Position numbers and translations under genes: made by a program. From Candidatus Bathyarchaeota archaeon (lineage in GTDB: Archaea > Thermoproteota > Bathyarchaeia > TCS64): a stretch of DNA of 64,000 nucleotides. How positions within the stretch are numbered: the first letter of the stretch is position 1; every line of letters starts with the position of its first letter. The notes beneath the pieces are model-generated. The model saw nothing but the letters and a program-made list of their open reading frames with translations, searched no databases and was not told the origin of the DNA. The DNA lies in assembly GCA_043826455.1 (NCBI GenBank), contig JBDRQD010000021.1, positions 10,181 through 74,180 on the forward strand, written 5' to 3'. This document shows positions 48,106-57,599 of the stretch, in pieces.

Positions 48106-48323
48106 TAAGCCTCAGCCGCCTGTTCCTGTGTGACTATGGTGATCTCGGTGGCTTCCTTACCCTTAGGGGTCTCGATGACCTTGAACTCTACCTCTGTGTT
48201 CACTTCCGGTATGGATGTGACCGGGTAGTTGGATGAGTGGAAGAAGATGTCGTCTTTACTATCCTCAATCTCTATGAACCCGTATCCTTTATACGAAAAA
48301 TACTTCGCTATTTTTCCTTTCAT
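48105..48323 (-). CDS. csp: Cold-shock domain protein
   Basis: RNP1 KGYGFI, RNP2 DIFFH, VEF....PKG..A. Confidence 0.93.
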   Translation of the reverse strand: MKGKIAKYFSYKGYGFIEIEDSKDDIFFHSSNYPVTSIPEVNTEVEFKVIETPKGKEATEITIVTQEQAAEA

Positions 48324-48517
48324 ATAAAAACACTTGCACATATACGGGGGACACAGGTTATATGTCTTATGTTTTCACTGGAAAAGTCTAAAAATTTTAA
48401 AAATATTTATTTTACCGCCAAAAATATTCTTTCGGCGTGCTTAATGAAGGATATTTTTTCGATGAGAAAAGTATTTTGCCTTAATCGAGTCTCACATGAA
48501 GGCGCCACGGAGGGGCG

Positions 48518-48832
48518 CTAGGTGAATAGCCGCTTCTCCAGGCCCCGCTTCTCCTTGAACAGCTCGTCCAGGCGGGACGTGTACTCTCTAAGCTTCACCC
48601 TGTAGGCGTCCTTGACCTTCTCCTGGTCTTCGCTGTGCTTCCTGACGACGATGGTTTTAGTCATGTCCGTGGGTGACCTGACCCTGATGTTGCGGCTCCC
48701 GGTTCTGGATGAGTCCAGGATGTCCAGGTTTCTCTTTATGCGTCTGTACTCGGTGTCAGTGTTGATGTCCTTCAGCTCTTCCTCTATCTGCATTATCCTG
48801 TTTAGTATGGTTCTTCGCGTGGGGCTCATCAA
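48518..48832 (-). CDS. Hypothetical coiled-coil protein
   Basis: 104 aa, charged and helical. Confidence 0.6.
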   Translation of the reverse strand: MMSPTRRTILNRIMQIEEELKDINTDTEYRRIKRNLDILDSSRTGSRNIRVRSPTDMTKTIVVRKHSEDQEKVKDAYRVKLREYTSRLDELFKEKRGLEKRLFT

Positions 48833-48946
48833 TTATTAATGGTGTTTGAACCTAATATACCTCCCTATTGTGTGTCAGCTTTAGACTAGCGCTTTTGATG
48901 TTTTTTATACAATAAAAGGGGAGGGGTTTGTTTTCATCTGGTTTTT

Positions 48947-49210
48947 TTATGGTGCTATGACGAAGTGGGTGCGGGTGTCCGTGATGAACCCCAGGGCCTC
49001 TGAAAGGTCGTTCTGCATCATGGCGTTCTCGTAGTCCTTCACGTCTCCCTTCATGAGGTAGACTATGCCCTCCGTTGTGCCGAAGGGGTGGCCCCAGAAC
49101 ACCAGCTCCATCTTGTATTTTTTCAGTATCTTGCCCACTTTCTCGAACTTCTTGGGCAGGTCACCGGGCTGGACCAGCTTCGCGTAAGATATGTAGTACT
49201 TAAACTCCAT
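48947..49210 (-). CDS. Small GYD-like / dimeric alpha+beta barrel-like protein
   Basis: KKYKMELVFWGHPFG..E; similar to 51270-51563. Confidence 0.6.
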   Translation of the reverse strand: MEFKYYISYAKLVQPGDLPKKFEKVGKILKKYKMELVFWGHPFGTTEGIVYLMKGDVKDYENAMMQNDLSEALGFITDTRTHFVIAP

Positions 49211-49378
49211 TTTGGTCTCCTTCTCGGTTCCACTGAGCGTTTGCTGAAAGTAGAACCTGTCGAATATTGCCCAAAAATACTATTAATATTTTTTGCCAAA
49301 AACCGGTATTTTCACAAAATTTGCGTTGCATCTAGTTTACAATGTACAGCGGCCTCTCACCGTTGTGGAATCTCTTCA

Positions 49379-50182
49379 TTAAGTTGGGGTCCACTCGTAG
49401 CCTACCATCTTGCAGGAGTCCTGGAACCCCAGCCTCCTGTACACGCTGTAACCCATCCTTGTTGAGTGCAGTATCCCGAAACGGTAGCCCTCCTTCTCAG
49501 CCTCTTTGAAAGGGTAGACGGTCATGTAGGAGCCCACACCCTTCCCCCGGGCCTCAGGGAGCGTGGCGACCATGTATAGCCCCGCGACGCCGTCCGAGAG
49601 GAGGATTGTGGAGGTGGCCACTGGCTCGCCGTCCATGTGCCCGATGTAGTGGCGGAGGCTGTCGTCCACCCCCATTTTTATCATCATCCTTGTCCAGTCC
49701 CCGGCTATGCTGTCGGGTAGAGGGTATCCCCTGATCATTATGTCGCAGTATAGCTCAAGCCGGTCACGCCCCTCAACCCTCTCTACATCAAGGCCCTCTG
49801 GGATACCAGTCAATTTTATCTGGCTTAGCTCGGCAGCCATACCAGGGGTATCGTCACGTTTCATCCCGGCGTTTTCCAGGCGGGCAACAAGGTCGTGTGG
49901 AGTGTCCTTTGGTGAGGTCATCCACGTGAACCCTTTTCCTCGTGAGGAGTAGAGGGAGATCATCTCCCGGATTCTCCGGTCAGCTTTTTCGGGTGTCAGG
50001 CGGGTCCGTATGACCCTGTTGAACATGGAGATGTCGAAGTCGGTGATCGTGTAGGTCAAGTCACGTGTCTGGGTTAGCTCCCAGTTGGAGGTTGTAACCA
50101 TTCTTTTAATTAGACTGCGGAAGTTTTCACGTACGGCATCCGCAAGTTGTTCCTCTGAGGGGTTTCGTAGAATCTTGGACAT
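49379..50182 (-). CDS. GNAT N-acetyltransferase
   Basis: VATLPEARGKGVG, YRRLGF. Confidence 0.92.
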   Translation of the reverse strand: MSKILRNPSEEQLADAVRENFRSLIKRMVTTSNWELTQTRDLTYTITDFDISMFNRVIRTRLTPEKADRRIREMISLYSSRGKGFTWMTSPKDTPHDLVARLENAGMKRDDTPGMAAELSQIKLTGIPEGLDVERVEGRDRLELYCDIMIRGYPLPDSIAGDWTRMMIKMGVDDSLRHYIGHMDGEPVATSTILLSDGVAGLYMVATLPEARGKGVGSYMTVYPFKEAEKEGYRFGILHSTRMGYSVYRRLGFQDSCKMVGYEWTPT

Positions 50183-50253
50183 GGTACATTCACCTTAAAG
50201 TTGAGTAACAGGTACGTCTCCCAGCCTCGTACCCTCTACCACCCGTCCTGATC

Positions 50254-51057
50254 TCAGCCCAGACACTTCCGTCTTTCCCTGGTTCGTTCAACTTCCTCCA
50301 GGAAGCTGAGCACATGGGGTAGAACCAGGTCGACTCTATCGAAAGCGTCACCGTGGTCTAACCCGGGTAAGGATACAAGTCTGGCGTTGGGCATTATCTC
50401 TGCGCACTTCTTCGCCCCAGGGTAGTAGTAGTCCTTGTCTCCGCAGTAGAGCAATGTGGGCGTAGTGACCTTGGGGAGAAACTCCTCGTACCCTAGGCGC
50501 TCGTTGAGTTTAATGATGTCGGTGACGGCAGCTGTGTCCAGCTCCATGAAATGTCTTCGCTCCTGCTCTGAAAGGCCCCCTCCAATCGTCTCCTCCATCT
50601 CCTTGATGATGGCCTCATTGCCCTTGCTGAAGAACGTGATCATCTCTTTCCGCCTATTCTTACTGGCCTCGGTGTCCCACTCGTCGGCACCCATTCCCCC
50701 GATTATCAGGGCGCTGAACCTGTCTGGGGCGTACTTCCCAGTGGCTAGACCCACCCTGCCTCCCAGCGAGAAGCCCCAGAAGTGGGCCTTCTCGTAGCCG
50801 AGGTGGTCGAGCACGGCCACCGCGTCACCCACCATCTTCTTCATGGAGTAATCTTCCGGCTTGTGCGGCTTGCTGCTCTTTCCGTGGCCTCTGGCGTTCA
50901 GGAGTATGAGTTCATGTTTCTCTTTCAGTGGCTCAATGTAGCCGGCTGCCCTCCAGCTTCCAGGATACCCGGATAAACCGTGGTGAATCATGAGGGGATA
51001 TCCCTCCCCCTCTACGCTGTAGTATATCTTAACGTCCTCATTCCGTGCGAACGGCAT
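50254..51057 (-). CDS. Alpha/beta hydrolase
   Basis: HHG, RGHG.S, GFSLGG nucleophile elbow, GDKD, catalytic H. Confidence 0.92.
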   Translation of the reverse strand: MPFARNEDVKIYYSVEGEGYPLMIHHGLSGYPGSWRAAGYIEPLKEKHELILLNARGHGKSSKPHKPEDYSMKKMVGDAVAVLDHLGYEKAHFWGFSLGGRVGLATGKYAPDRFSALIIGGMGADEWDTEASKNRRKEMITFFSKGNEAIIKEMEETIGGGLSEQERRHFMELDTAAVTDIIKLNERLGYEEFLPKVTTPTLLYCGDKDYYYPGAKKCAEIMPNARLVSLPGLDHGDAFDRVDLVLPHVLSFLEEVERTRERRKCLG

Positions 51058-51269
51058 CTACAAACTCATCTCCTAAATCTTTTTAAGCCCTATTTCTAGT
51101 TATTTTATATTAATATTAATATTTACTGAGTGAAAAAATATAATTTCAGTGCAATACAATAATTTTAACTAAATCCGATGCCTGAAGATAAACCCTTAAA
51201 TCGGCAACAAACCAACTTCCATTTAGGTTCTGCTCACATAAAATGGTCAGAGCCTAGAAGGTGCATCAA

Positions 51270-51563
51270 GTGACCAAAGCACTGTACATATGCTTCGTGA
51301 AGTGGTCCATAGACGCCTACAAGAAGTGGGGCGCCGACCCCGAGTACTTCAACAAGAACTGGATGCCCAAACACGACGAACTCATGAAGAAGCACAGCCT
51401 CAAGCTAGCCTACAACGGCACACCCTTCGGGCTACCCGAGGACGCCTGCATGGTGTACGAGGGCGGCTCCGACGTGGACAAGTACAAGCAGTTCAGGCAA
51501 GCCGTCGCAGCCATAGCCCCGGGCATACTGGACTCAGCCAACACGATCATCGTCTCGCTGTGA
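51270..51563 (+). CDS. Small GYD-like / dimeric alpha+beta barrel-like protein
   Basis: KKHSLKLAYNGTPFG.PE; aggtg RBS before GTG. Confidence 0.6.
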   Translation: MTKALYICFVKWSIDAYKKWGADPEYFNKNWMPKHDELMKKHSLKLAYNGTPFGLPEDACMVYEGGSDVDKYKQFRQAVAAIAPGILDSANTIIVSL

Positions 51564-51613
51564 AACGCGGGACACACCCACCCCTTTTTTATCACTCAAC
51601 CCAACAAGGTACC

Positions 51614-52330
51614 ATGCCAAGGTGTGTCCTCATCATCCAGAATGACCCGCCAGAGACCCTGGGCCTCTACGAGACGTACCTCCGCGAGAAGGCCCAGGTC
51701 ACCCTCATCCAAGCCTACAACATGAAGCCCCAGGAGCAGTTCCCTCCGACAGACGATTTCGACGTCTTCATCATCGGCCCTACACCCATCTCCGCCAACG
51801 ACGCCCAGAAACATGGGTTCCTACGTAAAGAGTGGGGCTACCTACAGCAGATCATCGACTCAGGTAAACCGACGCTAGGTGTCTGCTGCGGAGGCCAGAT
51901 GCTCGCCAGGCTCCAGGGCGGAGAGGTACACCGCAGCCCCAGCAAGGAGATAGGCGGCTACACCGTAGCGCTCACGGACCACGGCCTCAGGGACCCCCTC
52001 TTCCGCGGCTTCCCCGCCAACTTCCCCGTATTCCACTGGCACCAGGACATGTTCACGGTCCCCCCCGGAGGACAACTCCTAGCCACAGGCACCCCCTGCA
52101 CCATCCAGGCCTACGCCAAGGACAACATCCGAGGCCTCATCTTCCACCTGGAGATCACCCACAGTGACGCCGAGCGCTGGGCAGACGCCTACCCAGAAGA
52201 GCCCGCAGCCATAGGTAAAACCCGGGAACAAGCCCTGGAAGAGTGCCGAGAAGCCGAGCCGGAGATGAGGCGACTTGCAGAGAGACTCGTAGACAACCTA
52301 CTAGCCATCCCCCCACTCAAACCACGATAA
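51614..52330 (+). CDS. Class I glutamine amidotransferase
   Basis: LGVCCGGQ, WHQD, FHLE. Confidence 0.92.
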   Translation: MPRCVLIIQNDPPETLGLYETYLREKAQVTLIQAYNMKPQEQFPPTDDFDVFIIGPTPISANDAQKHGFLRKEWGYLQQIIDSGKPTLGVCCGGQMLARLQGGEVHRSPSKEIGGYTVALTDHGLRDPLFRGFPANFPVFHWHQDMFTVPPGGQLLATGTPCTIQAYAKDNIRGLIFHLEITHSDAERWADAYPEEPAAIGKTREQALEECREAEPEMRRLAERLVDNLLAIPPLKPR

Positions 52331-52420
52331 AAATCACTAAACGCGCAGCCATTGTAATCGACCACCTAACACACCACTGTGAGACACTGGCTAAAGGAGA
52401 AGACAGGGTCACCTCAACCA

Positions 52421-52541
52421 GGATTTAGCTAAATGCAACTCGAAAAAATATCACATTCTTCCACACAGCTGTCATCAACCCCCCTAAAATCGACAATTCC
52501 CAGCCACCAGGTACAAACCCTGGAACCCCAAGGAACAACCC
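52421..52541. repeat. Intergenic repeat family 2, copy B (modules A-B-C)
   Basis: Shared modules with 25062-25209. Confidence 0.85.
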
Positions 52542-52556
52542 CCATATTTCACGTAA

Positions 52557-52778
52557 CTATAAGCCACCTGTAACGAGGCCAGCCTGAGTCCACTCCTCGC
52601 ACTCCCGCAACATGATCACAGACTCCACATACCCCAGCCGCTCACAGTAGCAGAACTCCCCCAGGTCAAACCCCACCCGCTCCAAGGCGTTCACGATCTC
52701 CTTGTTCTCCTGACCCAGCCCCAGACGCACCTCCCCCTCAATTACCCTGGCGTGAGCACAGCCCCCACAGGTAACCAT
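52557..52778 (-). CDS. 73-aa Cys-rich hypothetical protein
   Basis: MVTCGGCAHA...FCYC...C..W. Confidence 0.5.
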   Translation of the reverse strand: MVTCGGCAHARVIEGEVRLGLGQENKEIVNALERVGFDLGEFCYCERLGYVESVIMLRECEEWTQAGLVTGGL

Positions 52779-52866
52779 CAACAAAACCAACGCCCCCCAC
52801 CATATCAGCGTTAGGGCAAACAATAAAAACAGAGCCACCCCAGATACCCAGAAAGAGGCACCCCGC

Positions 52867-53550
52867 ATGACCATCAAAGGAATAGTCTTCGACCTCGACA
52901 GCACCCTCGTAGACAGCCACGTAGACTTCGCCAAGATGAAGCAGAAGATCATCCACTACCTGGAGGAGAACGGCCACCCGAAGGCCGCCCTCAGCCCCAC
53001 GACCCAGACCACCGTCCAGATCATGGAGGAAGCAGAGAAAAACTGGGCCAAACAAGGAAAAACAGAGCAACAGAAACAGCGCATGAGAGACAAGACAACA
53101 GAGTACATGGACCAAGGCGAACTGGAGGCCATCGAGACCCTAACAGAGATACCCGGCGCAAAACAAGCCGCAGAGCAGCTCAAAGCCCAAGGCTACCAGC
53201 TCGCCATCCTCACCAGAAGCCACAACCAGTACGCAGTAAAAGCCCTGGAGAAGACAGGCATGACTCACCTATTCAACCCCGTCCTCGGCCGAGGAGAGAC
53301 ACCCCAACCCAAACCCTACAAGGAAGCCCTGGAGCACACCGTTAAAATCATGGGCCTCAGCATCGACGAGGTCATCATGATCGGAGACCACCAGATAGAC
53401 CGCGACAGCGCCACCAACAGCGGCTGCCCCTTCATAGGAGTCGCCACAGGCCACAGGGGCCTCAAGAGCTGGGCCGACGAGAAGCCCCCTGCCGTTCTCC
53501 TAGGAAGCGTTTCCGAGCTACCAGCCTACATCCAGAAGAACCGCACGTAA
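52867..53550 (+). CDS. HAD-superfamily hydrolase
   Basis: FDLDSTLVDS, ILTR, KP, IGD...D. Confidence 0.93.
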   Translation: MTIKGIVFDLDSTLVDSHVDFAKMKQKIIHYLEENGHPKAALSPTTQTTVQIMEEAEKNWAKQGKTEQQKQRMRDKTTEYMDQGELEAIETLTEIPGAKQAAEQLKAQGYQLAILTRSHNQYAVKALEKTGMTHLFNPVLGRGETPQPKPYKEALEHTVKIMGLSIDEVIMIGDHQIDRDSATNSGCPFIGVATGHRGLKSWADEKPPAVLLGSVSELPAYIQKNRT

Positions 53551-53625
53551 AAAGAAAGCCTTTTTATCCCAACCAAGACCCCTATACAACAAATCCCGGA
53601 CAAAACCACGCCCGGAGATGTCTAC

Positions 53626-53898
53626 TTGAGCCCGATAAAAGATGAGTACAAGAAGAAACTCGACCAAGCCATGTCCATACTCAACATGATCGCCGACGAC
53701 AACACCACCCCCCGCAACATCAGGCGCACCGCCAAGCAGGCCGCCGACATGCTACTAGACGAGAGCATCAGCGTCGCGGCCAGAGCAGCCAACGCCATAG
53801 CCATCCTGGAGGACATAAGCCAGGACCCCAACATGCCCATGTACAGCCGAACCCGCATCTGGAACGCCATCAGTGTCCTGGAAGGCATCCGCGACTAG
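53626..53898 (+). CDS. UPF0147 family protein
   Basis: D.TTPRNIRR.A, DPNMP...RT.IW. Confidence 0.93.
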   Translation: MSPIKDEYKKKLDQAMSILNMIADDNTTPRNIRRTAKQAADMLLDESISVAARAANAIAILEDISQDPNMPMYSRTRIWNAISVLEGIRD

Positions 53899-53936
53899 AT
53901 ACTTTTAATCAGAACCCACCCTTTCTAATATTCAAG

Positions 53937-54884
53937 GTGAACCCAGTGAACAGAAGGTTCGACTTTGAGGGACCCAAAATAGAGGGATACGGAGTAGTCG
54001 CCATAGTACTCATAATAGCCGTCGGAGGCCTCTTGTTCTTCAGCGTAGGCCGCATCAGCGTAGGCTACGTCGCCGTCGTAGTGGACCCCGTATTCGGGAC
54101 GACCAACGTCGTGGGCACAGGAGCAAACGCCCAATACTTCATAAAGGCGCCCTGGGCCACAGTCTACAAGATATACGTGGCCACCGACAGCGTCCACATG
54201 TGGAGCGACGCCAGAGAGGTCGGAGACTTCCCGGCCGTGGAGAGCCTCACCAAGGACGGCCTCAAGGTGGACGTGGACATAACCATACGGTGGAGCATAC
54301 TACCCAGCGAAGCAGCTGACCTCTTCCGCAGATACCCCGGCCTCGACTGGAAGGACCGGGCCATCATCCCCATCATCCGGGAGACCATCAGAAACCTCCT
54401 GGTAGATTACTCGGCCATAGAGACCATAGAGCTGAGAGCCAGCCTAGGAGTAGCATTAAAGACCAGCCTGGAGAAAGCCCTGGAGGAGGAGTCCTCCCTG
54501 TCCAACGCGGTGGTCCTTGACGCCGTCAACATCAGAAAGATCTCTCTCCCAGACAACTTTGTGAGCGCCATAGAGAAGAAGCTGGCCGCCGAGCAGCTAG
54601 CTATAGCCGCCGAGTTCAACAAGACCCGCTTACTCGTCATAGCCGACGCCAACGCCCAGTCCGCCATCAAGGAGGCCCAGGGCCTAGCGGCGTCCCGCCT
54701 CATCATAGCCAACGCCACAAAGCAGTCAATGATGATCATCGCCCAAGCCAACCCAGAGATAGACCCCGCGGAGCTAGCCAAACTATACCTGTACCTGGAG
54801 ACCCTCAGAGACATAGCCGCCTCAGGTAAAAGCCAGTTCATAATAGTCCCCGGCGACAGCCCCTACATCCTCAACATACCCTAA
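53937..54884 (+). CDS. SPFH/band-7 (prohibitin-like) protein
   Basis: N-terminal TM, TKDGL.V.VD, IE.K..AEQ, Ala/Glu coiled coil. Confidence 0.9.
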   Translation: MNPVNRRFDFEGPKIEGYGVVAIVLIIAVGGLLFFSVGRISVGYVAVVVDPVFGTTNVVGTGANAQYFIKAPWATVYKIYVATDSVHMWSDAREVGDFPAVESLTKDGLKVDVDITIRWSILPSEAADLFRRYPGLDWKDRAIIPIIRETIRNLLVDYSAIETIELRASLGVALKTSLEKALEEESSLSNAVVLDAVNIRKISLPDNFVSAIEKKLAAEQLAIAAEFNKTRLLVIADANAQSAIKEAQGLAASRLIIANATKQSMMIIAQANPEIDPAELAKLYLYLETLRDIAASGKSQFIIVPGDSPYILNIP

Positions 54885-54926
54885 ACCATTTTATTTCCAA
54901 GAAACCCAATTATAAACGGTGCCTTC

Positions 54927-55250
54927 TTGCAGACCGAGACAGCCTCAGCCCCCTGGCTCCTGAGGCTCTCCTGGGAGGAGCTGACAACCCTAGCCGTATG
55001 TCTTACCCTGGACCTGCTTGAGCTAGCCGCACCCATGCTCCTCAGCCCACTCCTCGGGGACCTCCTGGACTTCACAGGCCTCATCTTCGCGGCAGTCTAC
55101 TTCAACTGGTTCGCCGCCATCAGCCTGCTGGAGCTCCTGCCTGGCCTGGACCCGGTGCCCTTCTTCACCCTAACCTGGCTTGCCTGGTACACCCACCGCC
55201 GCCGGAGGCTCAAGAAGAAGCTGGAGACAGAGCTGACGAAGTGGCTCTAA
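54927..55250 (+). CDS. Hypothetical membrane protein
   Basis: Hydrophobic, ELLPGLD..P..T..W motif. Confidence 0.65.
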   Translation: MQTETASAPWLLRLSWEELTTLAVCLTLDLLELAAPMLLSPLLGDLLDFTGLIFAAVYFNWFAAISLLELLPGLDPVPFFTLTWLAWYTHRRRRLKKKLETELTKWL

Positions 55251-55302
55251 GATATACCCTTTTTCCATAACCATTACATGACGAGGAGGAGCAGCTCACC
55301 CC

Positions 55303-55494
55303 ATGAAGCAGACAGGCCACATCTTTCCAGAGATATGGCTCTCCATCATAGCCGTGGTAGTGTTCTTCCCCATGATGTACATGCTCAGCCAGCAGAAGAG
55401 CTTCGACCTGTGGCGCTTCAGCCTACTCTTCACCCTAATAATAATCGTGGTGTACGGATACGCCTTCATCGACATGCGTAAAAGGCTCAGATAA
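55303..55494 (+). CDS. Small 2-TM protein
   Basis: Two hydrophobic helices; gaggag RBS upstream. Confidence 0.6.
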   Translation: MKQTGHIFPEIWLSIIAVVVFFPMMYMLSQQKSFDLWRFSLLFTLIIIVVYGYAFIDMRKRLR

Positions 55495-55547
55495 GCCCTC
55501 AGAATGTCTTTTATCTGCGAACCGCCTTACCAAGGCAGAGTCACAAG

Positions 55548-56570
55548 TTGAGAATCCTGTTTAACACTGTCAGATCTGATAACCTGGTAACCCTCAACGT
55601 ACTATACTACCTAGAACAGGAGGTAGCCAAACTTGCTGACTGTAAGTGGGGCGGCAGAGGCTGGGAGAGCCACGTCCCAAACGAGAACATTAACCAGACT
55701 ATCAAGAGGCTATACGGGAACGATCCACCCGACTTCATAGTTGACAATAACGCTGACATAGTGGAGTACACGAGGATCGCCGAGGAGAAGACGGCTGAGA
55801 CACCCAAAACAGTGATGACGGTAAACGACATGCACCTTGAACCCAAGAGATGGGTGGACATCGCCAACAGGGGGTTCAACGGCGCACTCATGAGGTACCT
55901 TTACTGCCCGTACGAAAAGAGCAAGATCCTTTCGAGATTCGATTACATCAAGAAAATGGATGAGTCGTATTACTTGGATAACCTGAAGATCCCTTACCTC
56001 CACTTCCCATGGTTCACCGATGAGAGAATATACAGACCCAGCGACGAAAAGGAGTACGACGTTATCTTCCTGGGGTCCTACAGAAAGAGGATCTATCCCC
56101 TCAGGTACGACATATACACAAACCTGCCGAAGCTATGCAAGGAACATAACTACAGGTACCTGCTGAGCGACAGGCCGCCCGGGAAAACGCCTGAGAGAAA
56201 CATCTCCGACCTGTCTAATGAGGGATACATTGTGGGGAAAGGCTACGCCGAGATCGTCGCCAAGTCAAAGATATTCATATTCGGAAACAGCATCTTCGAC
56301 TACCCCGTGTCAAAATACTTTGAAGTCATGGGGAGCGGCACACTGGTCATGGCAGATAAACCTCAAACAGAAAGAGAGCTGCACTTCGAGCCCGGCTACA
56401 ACTACGTTGAGATAGACAGGACCAACTGGAAAGAAAAGCTGAGGTACTACCTAGAAAACGATGACGAGCGGGAGAGGATAGCGCGCAACGGGTACGAGAC
56501 TGTGATGAAGTACCACAGCTCCAGGGTCAGGGCGAAGCAGCTCGTGGAGTTCCTGGGGAAGATGGGTTAA
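55548..56570 (+). CDS. Glycosyltransferase (CgeB-like, GT-B)
   Basis: YDVIFLG...YPLR, KYFE..GSG, ERERIARNG. Confidence 0.85.
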   Translation: MRILFNTVRSDNLVTLNVLYYLEQEVAKLADCKWGGRGWESHVPNENINQTIKRLYGNDPPDFIVDNNADIVEYTRIAEEKTAETPKTVMTVNDMHLEPKRWVDIANRGFNGALMRYLYCPYEKSKILSRFDYIKKMDESYYLDNLKIPYLHFPWFTDERIYRPSDEKEYDVIFLGSYRKRIYPLRYDIYTNLPKLCKEHNYRYLLSDRPPGKTPERNISDLSNEGYIVGKGYAEIVAKSKIFIFGNSIFDYPVSKYFEVMGSGTLVMADKPQTERELHFEPGYNYVEIDRTNWKEKLRYYLENDDERERIARNGYETVMKYHSSRVRAKQLVEFLGKMG

Positions 56571-56630
56571 AGTTCTAAATCGTCGGGCATCCCTTTTAGG
56601 TGTGTACCCACTTTAAAGGGGGAGAGAGCC

Positions 56631-57599
56631 TTGAACGCCGTGCTTCTGATCCTTGACGCCTTACGCTATGACCACGTCAACAAGGACAACACCCCTAACC
56701 TGATACGCGTGGCAGAGAAAGGCGTATTTTTCAGTAACGCCTTCGCCTGTAACTCCTCGACCATTCAAAGCATACCGTGCATCCTGTGCTCAGACACCGA
56801 GTATAAGCAAGACCACAATGTTGCATCCGTCCTAGGGGGGCAGGGCTACCACACGGCCATGATCCACAGCAACCCCATCGTGCACGCCTTCTACGGCGGG
56901 TTCAATGAGACCGTTGACCTAAAGTCCAGCAAGTTCAAGGTGAGCAAAGGCTGGAAGAAGGCCCTGAGAAGCAACCTCCCGCCCCAGATAATAGCCGGCA
57001 TGAAGAGGCTGCGAGCCAGCGTGTACGAGGACGACTCTTACCTACCCTACTCCAGGGCGCAGGAGACCCTGGAGTTCACCGGCAAATGGATGAAGGATCA
57101 CAGCCGGTACTTCCTGTGGGCGCATCTCATGGACCCCCACATCCCCTACTATCCCCAGAACACGAGCCTGGATATCACAAAGCACGAGATGAGGACCCTG
57201 AACGACAAGCTGATCGAGTCCGTTCACGGCAACTACACACCGAAACCGGAGGAAGTGGAGACAGCTAAAACCCTTTACAGTGAAGATATACACGAGATGG
57301 ACCACGAGATTGGCGTCTTCATGGAGGATTTCCCTGAGGATACTCTGCTGGTCGTCACCTCTGACCACGGCGAGGAGTTCGGCGAACACGGCCAGTACTC
57401 GCACCACGGAGACAAGATAGTGCAGGAGCTCGTCCACGTGCCTCTCATATTCTTCGGGTCGGGTGTGTCTGAGGGAAAGGTGATAGATGATCAGGTGTCA
57501 TCCTTGTCGATCGCGCCTACCATATTAGAGTCCCTGGGCGTAATTGAAACGATAGGGCGCGGACAATCACTTTGGCCCAGCATTAAGAAACATGGCTAG
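56631..57599 (+). CDS. Sulfatase / alkaline-phosphatase superfamily protein
   Basis: LDALRYD, HLMDPH.PY, TSDHGE..EHG..H, HVPLI. Confidence 0.9.
   Translation: MNAVLLILDALRYDHVNKDNTPNLIRVAEKGVFFSNAFACNSSTIQSIPCILCSDTEYKQDHNVASVLGGQGYHTAMIHSNPIVHAFYGGFNETVDLKSSKFKVSKGWKKALRSNLPPQIIAGMKRLRASVYEDDSYLPYSRAQETLEFTGKWMKDHSRYFLWAHLMDPHIPYYPQNTSLDITKHEMRTLNDKLIESVHGNYTPKPEEVETAKTLYSEDIHEMDHEIGVFMEDFPEDTLLVVTSDHGEEFGEHGQYSHHGDKIVQELVHVPLIFFGSGVSEGKVIDDQVSSLSIAPTILESLGVIETIGRGQSLWPSIKKHG

Noticed and set aside
48371..48384. TCCAGTGAAAAC on the minus strand resembles an ORB box next to AT-rich DNA
   Set aside because: Single copy, no G-string and no cdc6/orc1 nearby; more likely part of the csp promoter region
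51290..51613. N-terminal extensions of ORF-track calls 51290, 3890, 43091 and 29711
   Set aside because: They overlap real neighbouring genes in other frames; family homology begins at downstream starts
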